Part shown: positions 1 through 13,074 of the stretch, in pieces | How the letters are laid out: each line of letters starts with the position of its first letter | Numbering within the stretch: the first letter of the stretch is position 1 | Source of the DNA: Bigelowiella natans CCMP2755 | Taxonomy: Eukaryota; Protista; Cercozoa | Direction: 5' to 3' | Assembly: GCA_000320545.1 (NCBI GenBank) | Contig: ADNK01001313.1 | Location: 1-64,000 of the forward strand | Length of the DNA: 64,000 bases | Made by a program: the position numbers and the translations under genes | Notes under the pieces: generated by a model | The model's database searches: none | Told to the model about the DNA's origin: nothing | Seen by the model: only the letters and a program-made list of their open reading frames with translations

Positions 1-245
1 AAGTCGTAGAATATACATCCTATATTTCTCTTTCTCTTTCTCGGTATATGCTGTGATAGCGATGAGAGGAGAGGCCGCATTTTTACTCGAGAAATAAGAC
101 TGACGTCCTCCATTGAAAATGCACCGCCCCCCCCCCCCCCAAATAATAAGGGTGGTAGGGAAGACATGAACCGGGAGTGCGTGTGCTGACGGGTCTTCAT
201 TGCTACCCCCCCCCTCCCCCTTTCCCTCCCTCTCCCCACTACAGG

Positions 246-2383
246 TGGCACAGTCGTTGAAAGAAGCTGAAGAGAGCCTGACCGAATGGGATCTTAAGGT
301 GATGATGGTGGCAGTGCTGCTGCTGCTGCTGCTGTTGTTGTTGTTGTTGTTGTTGATGATGATGATGATTGATGCCCCCCTACTGAATCGAATTGCTAAT
401 ATACAGGTCGGTGATGGTGATTGTGGAGCTACGTTTAAGAGGGGGGCCGAGGCAGCTCTTGCTGATATGGATGGGTCCGTGCATCGTGTAGTAGTAGCAG
501 TAGTAGTAGTAGTAATAGTAGTAGCTGAAAACACGCTGCTACTCGTATATATCACTACACACTCTCTCTCACTCACACACTCACTCACTCACATGACTAT
601 ACACGCACGATATAGAAGCATAACTTAAAAAACTGCTGCTCCGAATTCGTGGTTCATTCCCAGCTTAGCAGCCCGTGAATGTGTGGTGTTTTTGTTTGTA
701 AGACACGACCGCACTGCTACTTCATATCACTTAGAAGTGAGGATGCTCTTTCTTATCGTCCCGCCGCTCACGCAATGCCCTTGTGCTATCACTGCTACTT
801 CGACTGCTGCTGCTGCTGCTGCTGCGGCCTTTTGAGTGACTGAATCTTCGTTGTTCTGTTGTTTGCTGCTTCGGCTTCATCGATCATGTGGTTTTCGACG
901 AGAAGGTATCCACTCAACTCTATTCCAGACACGTTGGAGTCTATTGCCAAGTCCGTTGCAAGGGTGAGTCATGATGAGAGAGATCGAGAGGAGGAGGAGG
1001 AGGAGGAGGATGCGATGATGATGCGATGATGATGCGATGATTGCGGCAGCAGCTTTTGAATGCACATGTACAGTCTCATATGTCACACGCATGTAAAATA
1101 ATTTATATATACGTGTGTGTATGTGATGGTTCCGTTGGATCTCTGAGAATATTAGCGTTGACTTCTTCGCACCCCCCCCCCCTCGTTCCTCTCCCCCCCC
1201 ACACACACTAGAGCATGGGTGGTACAAGCGGAGCACTCTACCAAATATTTCTGCTATCCCTGTGCGCTACAACGCGCCAGCAAGAGAAGAAGGAGGGGGC
1301 AGACTCCTCATCTTCCCTGTCACATCTCGCATTTGCGTTTGATGAAGCTATCAGCAAGATCGCTTCCAGCGGTGGGGCTACGGAGGGTAAGAGAATGGAG
1401 CAAACGGGATAGAGGGGGGGGGGGGCTGGGAGAAGGGTTAGAGTGATCATCGTAGATATAAATGCCGTACGTACTTCTATTACCAAGAGGCCACGATGTG
1501 GTTCTGCTGGCCGCCTACCCATGCTTCTGCAACTTGCTTGATCGCCATCCTGCAGCTGTCATGGTGGTGATAGAATGATGGCTATTTGGCGCTAGTTGAT
1601 GATGGCGTTCACGATGAGGGAAAGGGGGGGGGTGTTGATGATAGTGGTGGTTTGTGGCAGGTGACCGGACGATGCTCGATGCTTTGATTCCGGCAAGTAG
1701 GAGCCTCCAGCAATCATCACAGCTGGAGAGGGAACTTCTCCCTGCATTAGAGTTGGCCGTTCTAGCAGCGGAGGTACTGAATCAATTATCATCTTCGTCC
1801 TCCCCCCCATTTTGGTCTTTCACCCGCCTCGTACACAAGCTAATACACATCTCCACTCTTCTCGTGTTTGCACGTGTATATGGGAGTTCTGCTAGGGCTT
1901 TCGAGCTTAGAATCGAGTTGATTTCTCTCTTTCTCTCTCTCTCTCTCTTTCACTCTCCTACGTGTGTGATTGCGTGTGTGTATTTGCGTGTTTGTGTGTG
2001 GTATGCGGAATGCCATAGTGCGGGGCAGAGGCAACAAAGGAGATGGACGCACGGGCAGGAAGGTGATGATGATACTTTGAGACTCCTCGCACTCTCTCAT
2101 GATCAGTAGCTGGCTGCATAAGTGACAGCTTCATCATTCCTAGTTACTTCTGCAACTACCTGTCCCTGTATACAGTACCTGCCTTCCAGTCGTCTCATAT
2201 TACGCTTTCTACCCCTTCCCCCACCGACCGCCCTCTCCCCCTCATTCCAGGTCGAATTATGTGCCTGAAGCTGTTCTGCGGCAAACGCCTGATCCTGGAG
2301 CAAAGGTAACAGTAGCTGTGGCGAGGGGTATGCATCTTGGCGCGAACAATGCTACTGAAACCGTCGAGGAAGGGAAGTTCTAG
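246..2383 (+). CDS. Dihydroxyacetone kinase/triokinase, C-terminal DhaL (DAK2) part; multi-exon, 5' end outside window
   Basis: Exons encode LTEWDLKV|GDGDCGATFKRGAEA, GGTSGALYQIF, ISKIASSGGATEG|DRTMLDALIPA, and a last exon from ~2251 SNYVPEAVLRQTPDPGAK with TAG at 2381-2383. These are DhaL motifs (GDGDCG, GGTSG, DRTMLDAL, PDPGA). Confidence 0.9.
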
Positions 2384-2734
2384 ATGACTGTATGATCCAT
2401 GATGCTGGTAGTGGTGATGAGGAGGTGGGGTGATGGGAAGAAAAGGGTGAAATCATAAGATGGTCGTGATGATGATGGACCACTTCCATTATAGAGACGC
2501 ATAGTTGCATCGTGATATTTATAGAGCTTTCACATTTTCCTGCTTTATGTACCATACTTTAGGCCGCCGCAATTTGGATGCGTGCCGCTTTGGAGGCATA
2601 CAAAAAGAGCAGCTCTTAAAACAGCGCATTAGAAGGTGACATCGTAGTATCAGTTTTTCCATCATCAGTCGCCATTCAACAGGAAGGCTAGAAGGCCTGA
2701 TGAGAATCTTACGCACCATAGGCATACAAATACA

Positions 2735-3270
2735 CGAGCTAGCGAGGCTAGCTTGCTAGCTTGGAGGTTCAACATGTCTAGACATGCCGATCTGCAATCT
2801 AGTAATAATGCGAAAGATTCGCACATCAACGTGAACTAGTAAATTCTAGAACTGCGCGTGATGCGATCCAGCGATGCTGTCTAATTGCGTAGTACTTGAC
2901 ATCCTCATGCGATTCTAGATCATGTAAGGTTGAAATAACATCACTGTGCAGTGAAATGCCAGCAGCTAGCGCGCTTCTAGGCTTGCTAGCTTGCTTACGT
3001 TGCTACTCAAAGTAGATAGACTTAGGACATAGCTAGATAGTAGCATACATGCATAGCTAGATAGACTTGTACACACTAGCACAAGCGATTTTAACATGCT
3101 TGCTGTCGCTGGTTATCTAGCTAGAGCATGCGCCATGCTATTATGTCTAGATGTACACGTACATGTGTGCTAAATGAAAACACGGCATCAGCGCGCAAAT
3201 CTGCACCTTGCTTAAAGGTAATCTCTTTGTTAATTAATGAACGCATGTAGCGCGCGTGTGCTTAGACACA
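2735..3270. other. CTAG/CATG/TGCA-rich intergenic block between convergent DAK and FAAL genes (type example of a recurring spacer class)
   Basis: About 17 CTAG in ~420 bp by hand count, plus a perfect palindrome CATGTCTAGACATG at ~2773-2786. Confidence 0.8.
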
Positions 3271-3294
3271 TGATTACCTTGATGCTTCATTTGC

Positions 3295-6200
3295 TATGAA
3301 GTTGCTGAGACGCTTCCTGGTTGCTGAAAACAACTACCTCCGCGTCCCCACGGGGAACTTGGCCTTGATTTTTTCCTTGACTGCTTGCTTATTATTTGCA
3401 TTTTTGGAGTACTATCTTCGCACTCCTGGTGCTAGCGTATTAAACACATATCAAAGCCTATTGAGTTAGGCAAAAATGGATAACTACATTATGTGCCCAA
3501 GCTGTACGTGTTTTCCAAGCTGGTATTCCGTTCCAGATCTGTGTTAAATAGCATGTAAACAAAGCAGGCAGCAAAGCATTTTACCTATCATTTTAGCATA
3601 CCTCGTCTCGTTTAATACTTCCCGAAAGCATCTTGCTAAGTGGTGATAAGATTCCTGATTTCTCTATGTGATCACCACAATGTGCATATGCTTGTGCCCC
3701 CAGCTGAAATATACGAGAAACAATTTGATACTCGTCTTTTAATTTACATGTGGTGCAAGATACCACGGAATTAGATTCGAGTCTTAAGGGTCCGAAAGTA
3801 ATTGTGACACCATCAGCAAAATGCCCGCTTATCACACTTCCTTCATCCACTATTACACGTCGGCCGATCTGTTTGGAAAAATCCACATAAAACTACAATT
3901 GAATATTTTGTAAAAATAATATTATGTTCACCCGAAGGTATCTGTAATCATATTTTGGAATGCTGAGTAACAAAGCACTCAACGAAACCTGTGTGAACGT
4001 AATTAGTTCAACAAAGATTCAGCACCCACCCCTATGATTTTTATATACCTTTGCACCCATCATCAAGCTGAAAATGTTTACGAACACCGTCCCAGCCTTT
4101 TGTGGGATGCATTAGGATACGCTTTACCATTATGAAACAATAGTATACCATAGGAATCAGAAAAAATTGAGCTGTAGAGCTGGTATATCCAGATGCCTGA
4201 CTCCACCTTATTAACAAACGAGATGATACTAATATTTCGGATCAGTTTTACACAACACCGCAAGGACCTAAGGAGAAAGCTGGTGTTTTCCGTTATTGAT
4301 AACTCTTTTGTTGACTGTTGAGGGCATGCTCCAACCTACATGGATGCATTTTATATCTATATCTTGGGAAGTTGAATCTGTAATGAATTACCAGAATAGC
4401 ATTTATGAGTATTGAGTGCAGAACAATAGTCCAAACCCTGACAAACAAAACCAACAAATTATAGAACTGTTCTAAGTGATGCTACAAAGTCGTCTATTCT
4501 GAATTACCATAGAAGTGAATACAAAGTAAAAGCCATAACTCTGATATTATCATCTTTTATGTAGCTGTCTATTTCGTATGAAACTTCGTACACGGCCCAT
4601 ATTCCAACGTAACGTACACAATGCTGTATCAAACTTGCAAATAAATCTGCAATCTTGCTGCCCATGTTGCATCCTGCCCTTGCCGATTTTTGTTTTTCAA
4701 TTTGCTTTAAAGCCTCAGTGCGACGACGAAGCCTTTTATCACCTAGCACAACAGTCTCTTTTTCGATCGTCAAGGGGGTTTCGATGTCTCCTTTTACATG
4801 AGTATACCATCCGACTGCCGCACCCTCCTCCATGATCACATTTCCACTGATTACACTATTCAAACCAATGGAACACCCATCGCCTACAATTATCTTTCCA
4901 CGGATGCACCCTCTAGGGTTGCATGGGTCGTTTGCTTTTGGTTGCAAAGAGCAGATTGATATGAAACAGTAATCACCGATTTCAACTAGATGTGAATCCT
5001 ACATAAGTTAACCCACACTCTAAATTCGCAAAATTGACTATTGTCAAAAGGATTCGTTCTACCTCTGGATGAACATCTTTAAAATATATAGGCATAGAGC
5101 TCCACCCAATTTTCATTCCCAACATTCTAGTAAGTTGAATTTAGTCAAATATAAAATATAACTGGTGTATATCCATACCTCTGGTAGAAGTTAAAGACTG
5201 GCCACCAGTAGGCAAGCATTACGAAGAAGACGTAATAAACAGTGATGATATGAAGCCTCTGTAACCACCATCGTCGCCATTTTGTAAAGGCATTCACCGA
5301 ATGTGAGCCTGCTTTTATGTGACCCGCTAATATCCTAATAGTTCGGGCGGAATTTCTGACTTCAACGCGAAATGTAAGAACATTTTATGTTGACATTACC
5401 ACTTTGATATGATAGTAAAAATTGGAATCAAAGATAGCATCGAGAGCACGCGGAAAGTATTGAAAACAAGGTTGAAGTATCTGAGAGAAGTCGTTCAACA
5501 CAAAGAAGGGAATAATCAGTAACATTATGGATTTCGATAGTCATTTCTATACCGAAGATTGACAATCAAAGCATCAGCTCGCTGGTTCTCTGCGAATGGT
5601 TGCAGGTCTCTCAGAGCAAATGGATCAATCCACCAGAAAAGCCAAACTCCAGGGACACTCAAAAGGTTGAGAATCTGTACATCAGCGATTCAAAACTAAG
5701 ACATATTACAGAAGAATCATCATCAAGTTATTGTCCAACACCTGCGGGAGTACAAAGGCTGACAAAACCTGTAGAAATGGAAATATTAGAAATATGTTCA
5801 GTATCGGTACATAATACCTAATATGGTCGAAACCTTCATAATTTGAAGCAATGAGCTCTCGTAACAGCAACTAGGATTACTTTCAAGTTGCTTCGAGTAC
5901 GAATCTATGGATACTATCTTGTTCCGACGCAAGTTCAAAGCTTTGAAATCAGTTCCATTAAGGGACGATTTTTCATCGCCGTTGTTGCCTCGGCTTCCTT
6001 TCCAATTCCCAACCTGACGAAGGGGATTACCAACCCTGGACAAAATTATTATTTGTTAATCCCCCAATTTGTCCTTTTGGTGCTGATTTTCATCAAATAT
6101 TTGTATTTTTACCATGTAGACGATGGAGGGAGAACCACATGAGGGGGCACATGGCCAAATGCATGAATTCTCACATTATCTTCAAGGACGGAACCATGTT

Positions 6201-9200
6201 CTATCAATGTTTTGTCTCCTATGGTACAGCGGCTTCCGATGCGAATATGCTCTAGAATCTGGTAAAAACCACAGCATTCACATATCTTTAAATACAGACA
6301 AAGATATTAGAGTTTGATGCCGTCACACACCAATTCCCGTGGGGTTATGGATCTATTTAGAAGGCGCCCCTCAACAGTGCATCCCTTGCCAATAGTCACG
6401 AGATCTGGTTCCCGGAGAAAGGTACTTAGCTGAACGCATGCAATTATATTAAACAGGATAGAAGAAGTCGACAATTTGGTAAATCAGAGCAACAGCTTAC
6501 CGTTATTCCAGACAGGGGCACATGAGCTCCAAGGAGCCGATAAAAAAAGTTGAGAAACAAAGTATCGATTACAGCTACTCCAATCAAAGCCTGAAATATA
6601 CTCTTTAAATGCCCTAGTTTGCTTATATCATCAACATGAAAGTTTGATCCACCTCCCATGTCGCAAGCAATCGATCAACGTACCACCAGCGCAGCCAGAA
6701 CCATCCATATCTAAAATATCTTAGCTAAGTAGATGAAATACAACATCTTCATTCTAGAGTGCTTGTAAGATACTGACAATGGGTGCCGTCCGGGAGAGTA
6801 TCGGCCAATAACAATCCATTTTACAAGGATCGTCAGTAACGTGAAGCTTATTCCCCAGACTGGAATGGAAAAAACTGCCATGAATCCATTTACAGCAGCT
6901 TCATCATATATTCCTACTGATAATCTCGAAAAAGGTTCTGGGAGATCCGAAACGCGTCGAGTGAAGTGAAACCTTTAGCCCCAAAAAAAAATTACAACTC
7001 AATTTCTGAGAATCAATGAACAGCACTTTTCATGAATATGTTGTTTTAATCATACGCTGGAATGGCTGCTGCGGCACCAAGGAAAAATAATGAAAGCACT
7101 CCGATGGCTTGGAAGATGTGACGAAGAAGGGGTTGCAGTCCATGTTCTTTCTGGTTAACCATAACAGACACATGTGTTGAAAAAGACATGTTTCTGCTTC
7201 GAGCTGCAGAGAGAGAAGGAGATGCGCCTGGTTGCAGCCCTCGACTTATATTAGATGTACGAAAATTTGGGGAAGCAATATGAGACACTCCACCACGAGC
7301 CCCTGCTGTAGGCGTTGTCATGGAACTTATAAATTTAAACATCTTTTCGCCGCCATGGTTGCTATGATGACTTCCACAATTTAAAGCTACAGGAGAGAAC
7401 AGGCTTGGTTCGTTCACCTATATTTTAGGTAAGAAATCATTTGATATTTATTTAAGAAATTGTATATAAACTTCACCTCCTGTTGTGTTTTTCGACGAAA
7501 GCTTGAAGATCTCTTAAATCCATTCCGTTTATTCTCTAAACATTTTTGAATCAGGTACGAAACATCAAGATCTGCTAGAAATGTTGACCTGAACGAATGC
7601 TCTGCCGTGCCATATCAACATTTCCATCCTCTAACAACAATTTGTGGACCATTTCTTCGGAGAGAACGCATGCTCCGGGTATCTGCGGATCTCTTGGAAT
7701 ATCAACCGTTGCTTCTATCCAATCATTCGTTTCGGTTACACTACAGAAACTTTTACAAAGACTTGAGACTACAGATTTTAAACAGTTTGGAGACAACTGA
7801 AGAAGAATTAGATCAGACTCAAACTGAATTCCAAATGTATGCCGTAGTCCTCCCGATATCTCGACCAGCTTTATTGAGTCAATAATGCTCCCAAATTCAT
7901 TATTCCTATGCAGGAGCCAAGTTATTTTAAATAAAAATTTGTGAAATGTGAAACAAGTTGGAATAGTCTGTGATATATGCAAGCTATTTCTATAATCATT
8001 TATCTCATTTTAACCAATAAGATACTCATGATACCTACCCCATCTCTTTCCATTTGAATTCAGGGCCGATTGCCTTAGCGAGAGCCTTTTCGAAAGTGGT
8101 AGGACCCTTTACCTTTCCAAAATAGTCTTCCTGACCATCATCAAGTAATCTCACTTCTGAATCAAAATCTTGGTCTTCCGTTCTCGAGCCAGAAGTTCCT
8201 TTTGAGAGCCAAAATTTGTATTTAAGAGTTTTTGACGAGTATAAACGTTTGGTTTCGGATCTGCGTAGCTTGCCACTGGAGGTTTTGGGGATTGATTTTG
8301 ATTTTATCAGTACTACATCGGATATGTTTACCCCCGATGCAAGGGTAATTGCTAATTTGATATTCGAAGCGATTTCTTGAAAACCAAGATCTAGTTTTTT
8401 AAGTTCACTTTTGGAGCGAATTTCTGATACAACTACAGCGTGCTCAGATCCGTTCTTGGACACAGAGAAAACGACTGTACAACCTGGGCGCACACCAGGT
8501 ACAGTGTCAACTGATGATTCTAGATCTCGTGGAGAGTAATTTCGCCCGCGAATTATTATTAGATCCTTCTTTCGAGAGACGAAATATAACCTATCTGCTT
8601 CCATATATCCTATATCCCCAGTGCGGAGCCAACATCCCCCATTTTCTTTTTCTTTCGAGTCAAAAATCCCAGGAGAGCTTGCAATAATACCTTTAAAGAC
8701 TTTTCGGGTTTTATCTTGGTTTCCCCAGTATCCTAGGGCCACGGAACGTGACTGCAGCCATATTTCGCCTTCTTGACCATCTCCAACGACTTGACAAGTA
8801 TCAGGGTCTACAATTCGGCATCTCACTTGAGCGCGAGTTTCAGAATCGAAAACACCGCAACAAACCCGTCGTGGATCTCTCTTTGAGTAACACCTTTCTG
8901 GATGGCAATGATCTGCATTTATGGTTAGAGTATGCTCTGCCATACCATAGAAACTCATAATTATATTCTTGCGCAATCCATATTTTGCAAAATATTTTTC
9001 AAACTTCTCGAAAGTTTCGCGCTGATTCTCTTCGCCGCCTGAGCCTATGAGATCTAACTCTTTCAGAGAAAATCCATCAGGAACTGGTCGGTTATGCCAT
9101 TTTCTCACAACCAAATCGAAGGCAAAATTAGGAGCTGATGAGGAGTTGCAGTTGTATCTCCATGCACTATGCAGCCAGACGGATGGAGAACGTAAAAATG

Positions 9201-10453
9201 AAAACGGGCTCATGAAATGCCCTCTACCTCCCATGTACAGTATTTGCAGGTAGGCTGCAATCAATCCCATATCGTGATACTGTGGGACCCAATTCAGTGC
9301 TCGTATGTCATAGAAGGAGATTTCGGTATTCTTTTGCAGAGCTCGATACCGTCTTTGTCCGCACAAGTTGTTGTATTTTATATTATGGATCAGATTTGTA
9401 TGAGAAACCATTACACCCTTTATCACGTACAGATAAATAATGAATAAGTGGTGTTATAAATCACATGGTTGAAATCTTACTTTCGGATCGCCTGTGGACC
9501 CACTAGTGTATTGGAGAAATGCTAAATCCGGGTGAGGCTCAGGACCAACGTTGCTAGGAGGAAGTGTCGCCGATGCATTTGGATGACCTATATTTGAATT
9601 AGTTAACAAAGTAGGACTAGTAGAGATTCAAAGGTACCAAGTTTGATTTTGTCCGTATTTACAAATCTGATACTTGGCCAGTCATCCCCCAGTTTAATTT
9701 TCATCTTCCACACATGACGCGTAAAATCCCTGATAAATATTTAGTTTAAGTGGTTTCTTATTATCTATCACCGAAAGGGTACCTATGGGAGAGCACTAGT
9801 CGGGCTTGAGAGTTATCTATAATGTGGGTCATCTTTTTTACGCTACATAATAATATTCATGAGATATAAGTAGATGCGGGATAAATTCGAAGTGAAACTG
9901 TAAACCTATACGAAAGTCTTGCAGGGTTGGGAGGGTATATCGGTACGGGAACAATTCCAGCCACGAGGCATCCCAGAAACGCCTTTTTTGTAAATTAATA
10001 TGGAATCTTATTTCAAGATTCGGTACATAACATTGCACAGCGTACCTGAATAAAGTCTAGGCTAAACGTATAACATAGTACGACTCGTTCTCCAGGTTTG
10101 ATTTTGAAGTCATCTTGGAGATGTGTAGCGACCATGTTGGCCTGATTCCATACTTGTAAATAGCTATATTCTTTGACTAGTTTTCCGTCATCGTCCAGCC
10201 AAGCATACAGTAGACTATCACCTTTCTTTTCTACATTGCTCTTAAATTTTTCAATAAATTCTGTCCTCTTGCAATGTTTGCGCGGGCCAAGTGAAGAAAG
10301 ATTTATTGTCGACTTGTGCTCCACTGTAGCACTGTTATGTGTATTTGTTTTTGTGAGCAAATTTAATACTGTTCCTGGTCGATCCTCCGTCTCCTTCTCA
10401 TCAGCTCCTTTAACGAAATCATTGTAGTTGCTGCTTGCGCTGGTAACCACCAT
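3295..10453 (-). CDS. Single-module NRPS-like synthetase: fatty acyl-AMP ligase (FAAL) + ACP + Pls/PosA-type C-terminal region (TM segments alternating with three hexapeptide/acyltransferase-like domains); multi-exon
   Basis: FAAL motifs: FLQYTSGSTGDPK|GVMVSH, WVPQYHDMGLI, SAPNFAF, FYGMAEHTL, GEIWLQSRSVALGYW, LRTGDIG, KKDLIIIRGRN, IPKTSSGKLRR. ACP: IDSIKLVEISGGLRHTFGIQF (~7800-7900). Then three repeats of TM + KWIVIGRYSPGRHP / ILAGHIKAGSH-type segments, FYRLLGAHV / MLGMKIG, and hexapeptide runs (LVTIGKGCTVE, IRIGSRCTIGDKTLIEHGSVLEDN...W|VGNP, IIVGDGCSIGLNSVISGNVIMEEGAAVG, QIGRRVIVDEGSVISGH...WNGIPA). Ends are approximate. Confidence 0.85.
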
Positions 10454-11949
10454 CTTACTTGGGGAAGGGCCCGTTTTAGCAAGCAACGATGGAGGAGATG
10501 ACTCTGCATGGATGCAGTACCATCGTGAGATTGAGAAAACGATGTGCCGTCGTCGCACTAATTTGCGCTACCACATAGTAATCGATAGTCACTGCGATTT
10601 CTTTGATGCGACAACATCGAATGCCGTTAAGCGGCAAACACAACCAACAAGAGTGCGAGAGAAACCTGCCATTTAGTTACCCGCGACAATAACTTCGATG
10701 CGTCGCGTTGGGAATGTGATCGGCGCTTTGAGAGCAAGTGGGAAGAAACTACCGCCGTCACAAAAATTGTTCGAAAGTGTTCTTTAATCCAAATCTGCTT
10801 GACAATTTCAATGGCATTTACTCCTTGTATATACTTGCGACAAGTGATGAATCCAGCACAATCGTGCTTGTGCCAATCGGACTGATTCATTCGATGGGGC
10901 CATCGCCTTGTGAACAAACTGCACCATTTGTGCACATTGGAAACGCTTCATTCATTCATTCATTCATGCGCAGCAGGACAAAAAAGATGTCGATGAATTT
11001 TTGATCGAGGTGTGGCTACCTCTCTGAGCTCTGCTGGACAAGCGAGGAGCGACGCACTTCGTCGGGAGTTTGCTGCACACACGAACCTTCAACGATGAGA
11101 CGCGGTGCCGGATTCAGCTCTCGACAGAAGCTCATCCCGGATTCCAAGCGCTCACAAGAGGGCCACATTGGTCACCCTCTGAGTTCCATGCTAGCATGGT
11201 GATGAGGTTGCAAACTGGTGCTGCTGCAAAGGTGAGAATCAGGACAAGAAGCCAGTCTAGCAGTGTGTTGGGCGAAACTGCAAGAAGCTGGATCGCACTC
11301 GCGTCTCACAGCCAGCCAGGTCAATCAGACGCAGGCACAAGGGCATCATCGTCACCCATGGCAACAATTTCACCATCCACCTTGTTGACGATGCTAGGAT
11401 GGCTGCTTTATGATCTTTGCCACCAACCTTGTGCATCGCGAGATCAATTACAGAACGTCAAGAAGTTTCTCGCAACGCGCTGTCTGGCTTTGGGGCTAGC
11501 TAGGTATTGCAACAGTCATTTGCAGTGAGAGTTCGGGCCACGTCTAGACGTGTGCTTGCGAACTAGCTCCAATCATGTTGTCAGAAAGAAATGCTAGATC
11601 GACTGAAGTCAATTGCATGGTGGCTTTCATGCGTTGGTTCTAGCCAGCAAGCATGCTACGTGCTCCAGTCTAGCAGTGTTGTTGACCTCTGTCTCTCCAG
11701 CTAGCCAGGTTTACTGCTATTTCGTCACATGCTAGTGCGTGTGCGCACACACATGCGCAGAATGCGACACTTGCGTCGGAAGACACTCAAGCTAGCAAGA
11801 GTGCGTGATATCTAGATATGTGTATGCTGCAACACAACAGCAAAGTTTTTCATGGATTATTTAGAGGATAATAGGCTGGAAAAAGTGTATTTTGCTGGAC
11901 ATATTATCAAGGTCCTCCTGCTGATAATTATTCTGCAGTCTTCCACATC

Positions 11950-12610
11950 TCAAACCGGCTCTATTTTCCTAAGTTCCTTCACAGCGCGATCAGAATCTTT
12001 TAAATTTCCCGTGTTAAGTGTACTCTTTGGCTCAAGTAAGATGATCTCACATTCATCCTTATACAACATTAAGTGTTCGAATAGTGAGACAGCGTACTAT
12101 GGGTTATTCATCTGTTATCGTTAGCTGAAAGTAGATTAGTTGTGTGTGTTGTTATACCTCGCACGTGGGGCAGTGCTCTACTTTGGCTGGTATTACAATG
12201 AATTCACCTTCTCTCACTACCTCTACCCGCTCCTTTCCTTCCTGTGCAGGATCTCTAATCTTCATCCTAAGAGTGCCCTTGGTGACTAGGAAAAGCTCGT
12301 CCTCCGTTTCGTGATGATGCCAGATGAAATCTCCCTGGATCTTCGCCAGCTTGATGTGCATGTCGTTCACCTCGCCCGCGACGCGAGGCGACCAGTGGTC
12401 TGAAAACTGTGCAAACGCTGAGGACAGCGTGACCTTCCGAATTACTTGTGGAGAGGCGATCTTGCCGCCGTGCTCTACACAAAGAGTCCGACGTAGAAGA
12501 GGGCCTGCTGCCTGAGAAGGAGGAGCCCTGCAACTTGATCGAGCATTCCTGCTGGGGCAGAGCAAAGATCGACGCGCAGCATGGAGAAGTCTAGGCACTC
12601 TCGACAGCAT
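11950..12610 (-). CDS. Cupin-domain protein (bacterial cupin_2/ManC-like type) with predicted mitochondrial targeting peptide; 2 exons
   Basis: Exon 1 (12610-12158): Arg/Ser/Leu-rich leader MLSRVPRLLHAARRSLL, then FSDHWSPRVAGEVND...GDFIWHHHETEDELFLV...GEFIVIPAKVEHCP. Exon 2: DECEIILLEPKSTLNTG...*. Both cupin metal-binding motifs are present. Confidence 0.88.
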
Positions 12611-13074
12611 CCTCCTCGGAGACAAAAGATGTGATTCCGTTAGAGGGGGACAGCGAGTATCTGTCTCGGAATAGAAAGTGGAGTTAGCTGCCGACGACTT
12701 AGTTCCGGAATGCCACGTGCAGATTGAAGCAAAAATATGATGCGATTTAAAGGAAACGACAACGTTTTCCCGCACTTAGAGCGTATTCGGCACAAAGGTA
12801 GCTATTCTTTTCATCACAATTGGGCGGCTTTTCACTGCTGCGACAAATAAATCCCGTTGTTTTCACGAGCCCATTCATCGCTCCCCATCACCGACTAGTA
12901 TTGGGTTGATTTGGATTTCACACCCAGATCCTCGCTCACTGATACGGCAGAAGTGGGGCATCCATCACACTGGGTTGTTGGACTGTAATTTGTTTTTCCT
13001 AAAGAGTTTCAACTTCATGCAATGTCGAAAATCAAGTTGATCTATTTGCTGCTACTGCTGCTGCTGCTTCTCAG

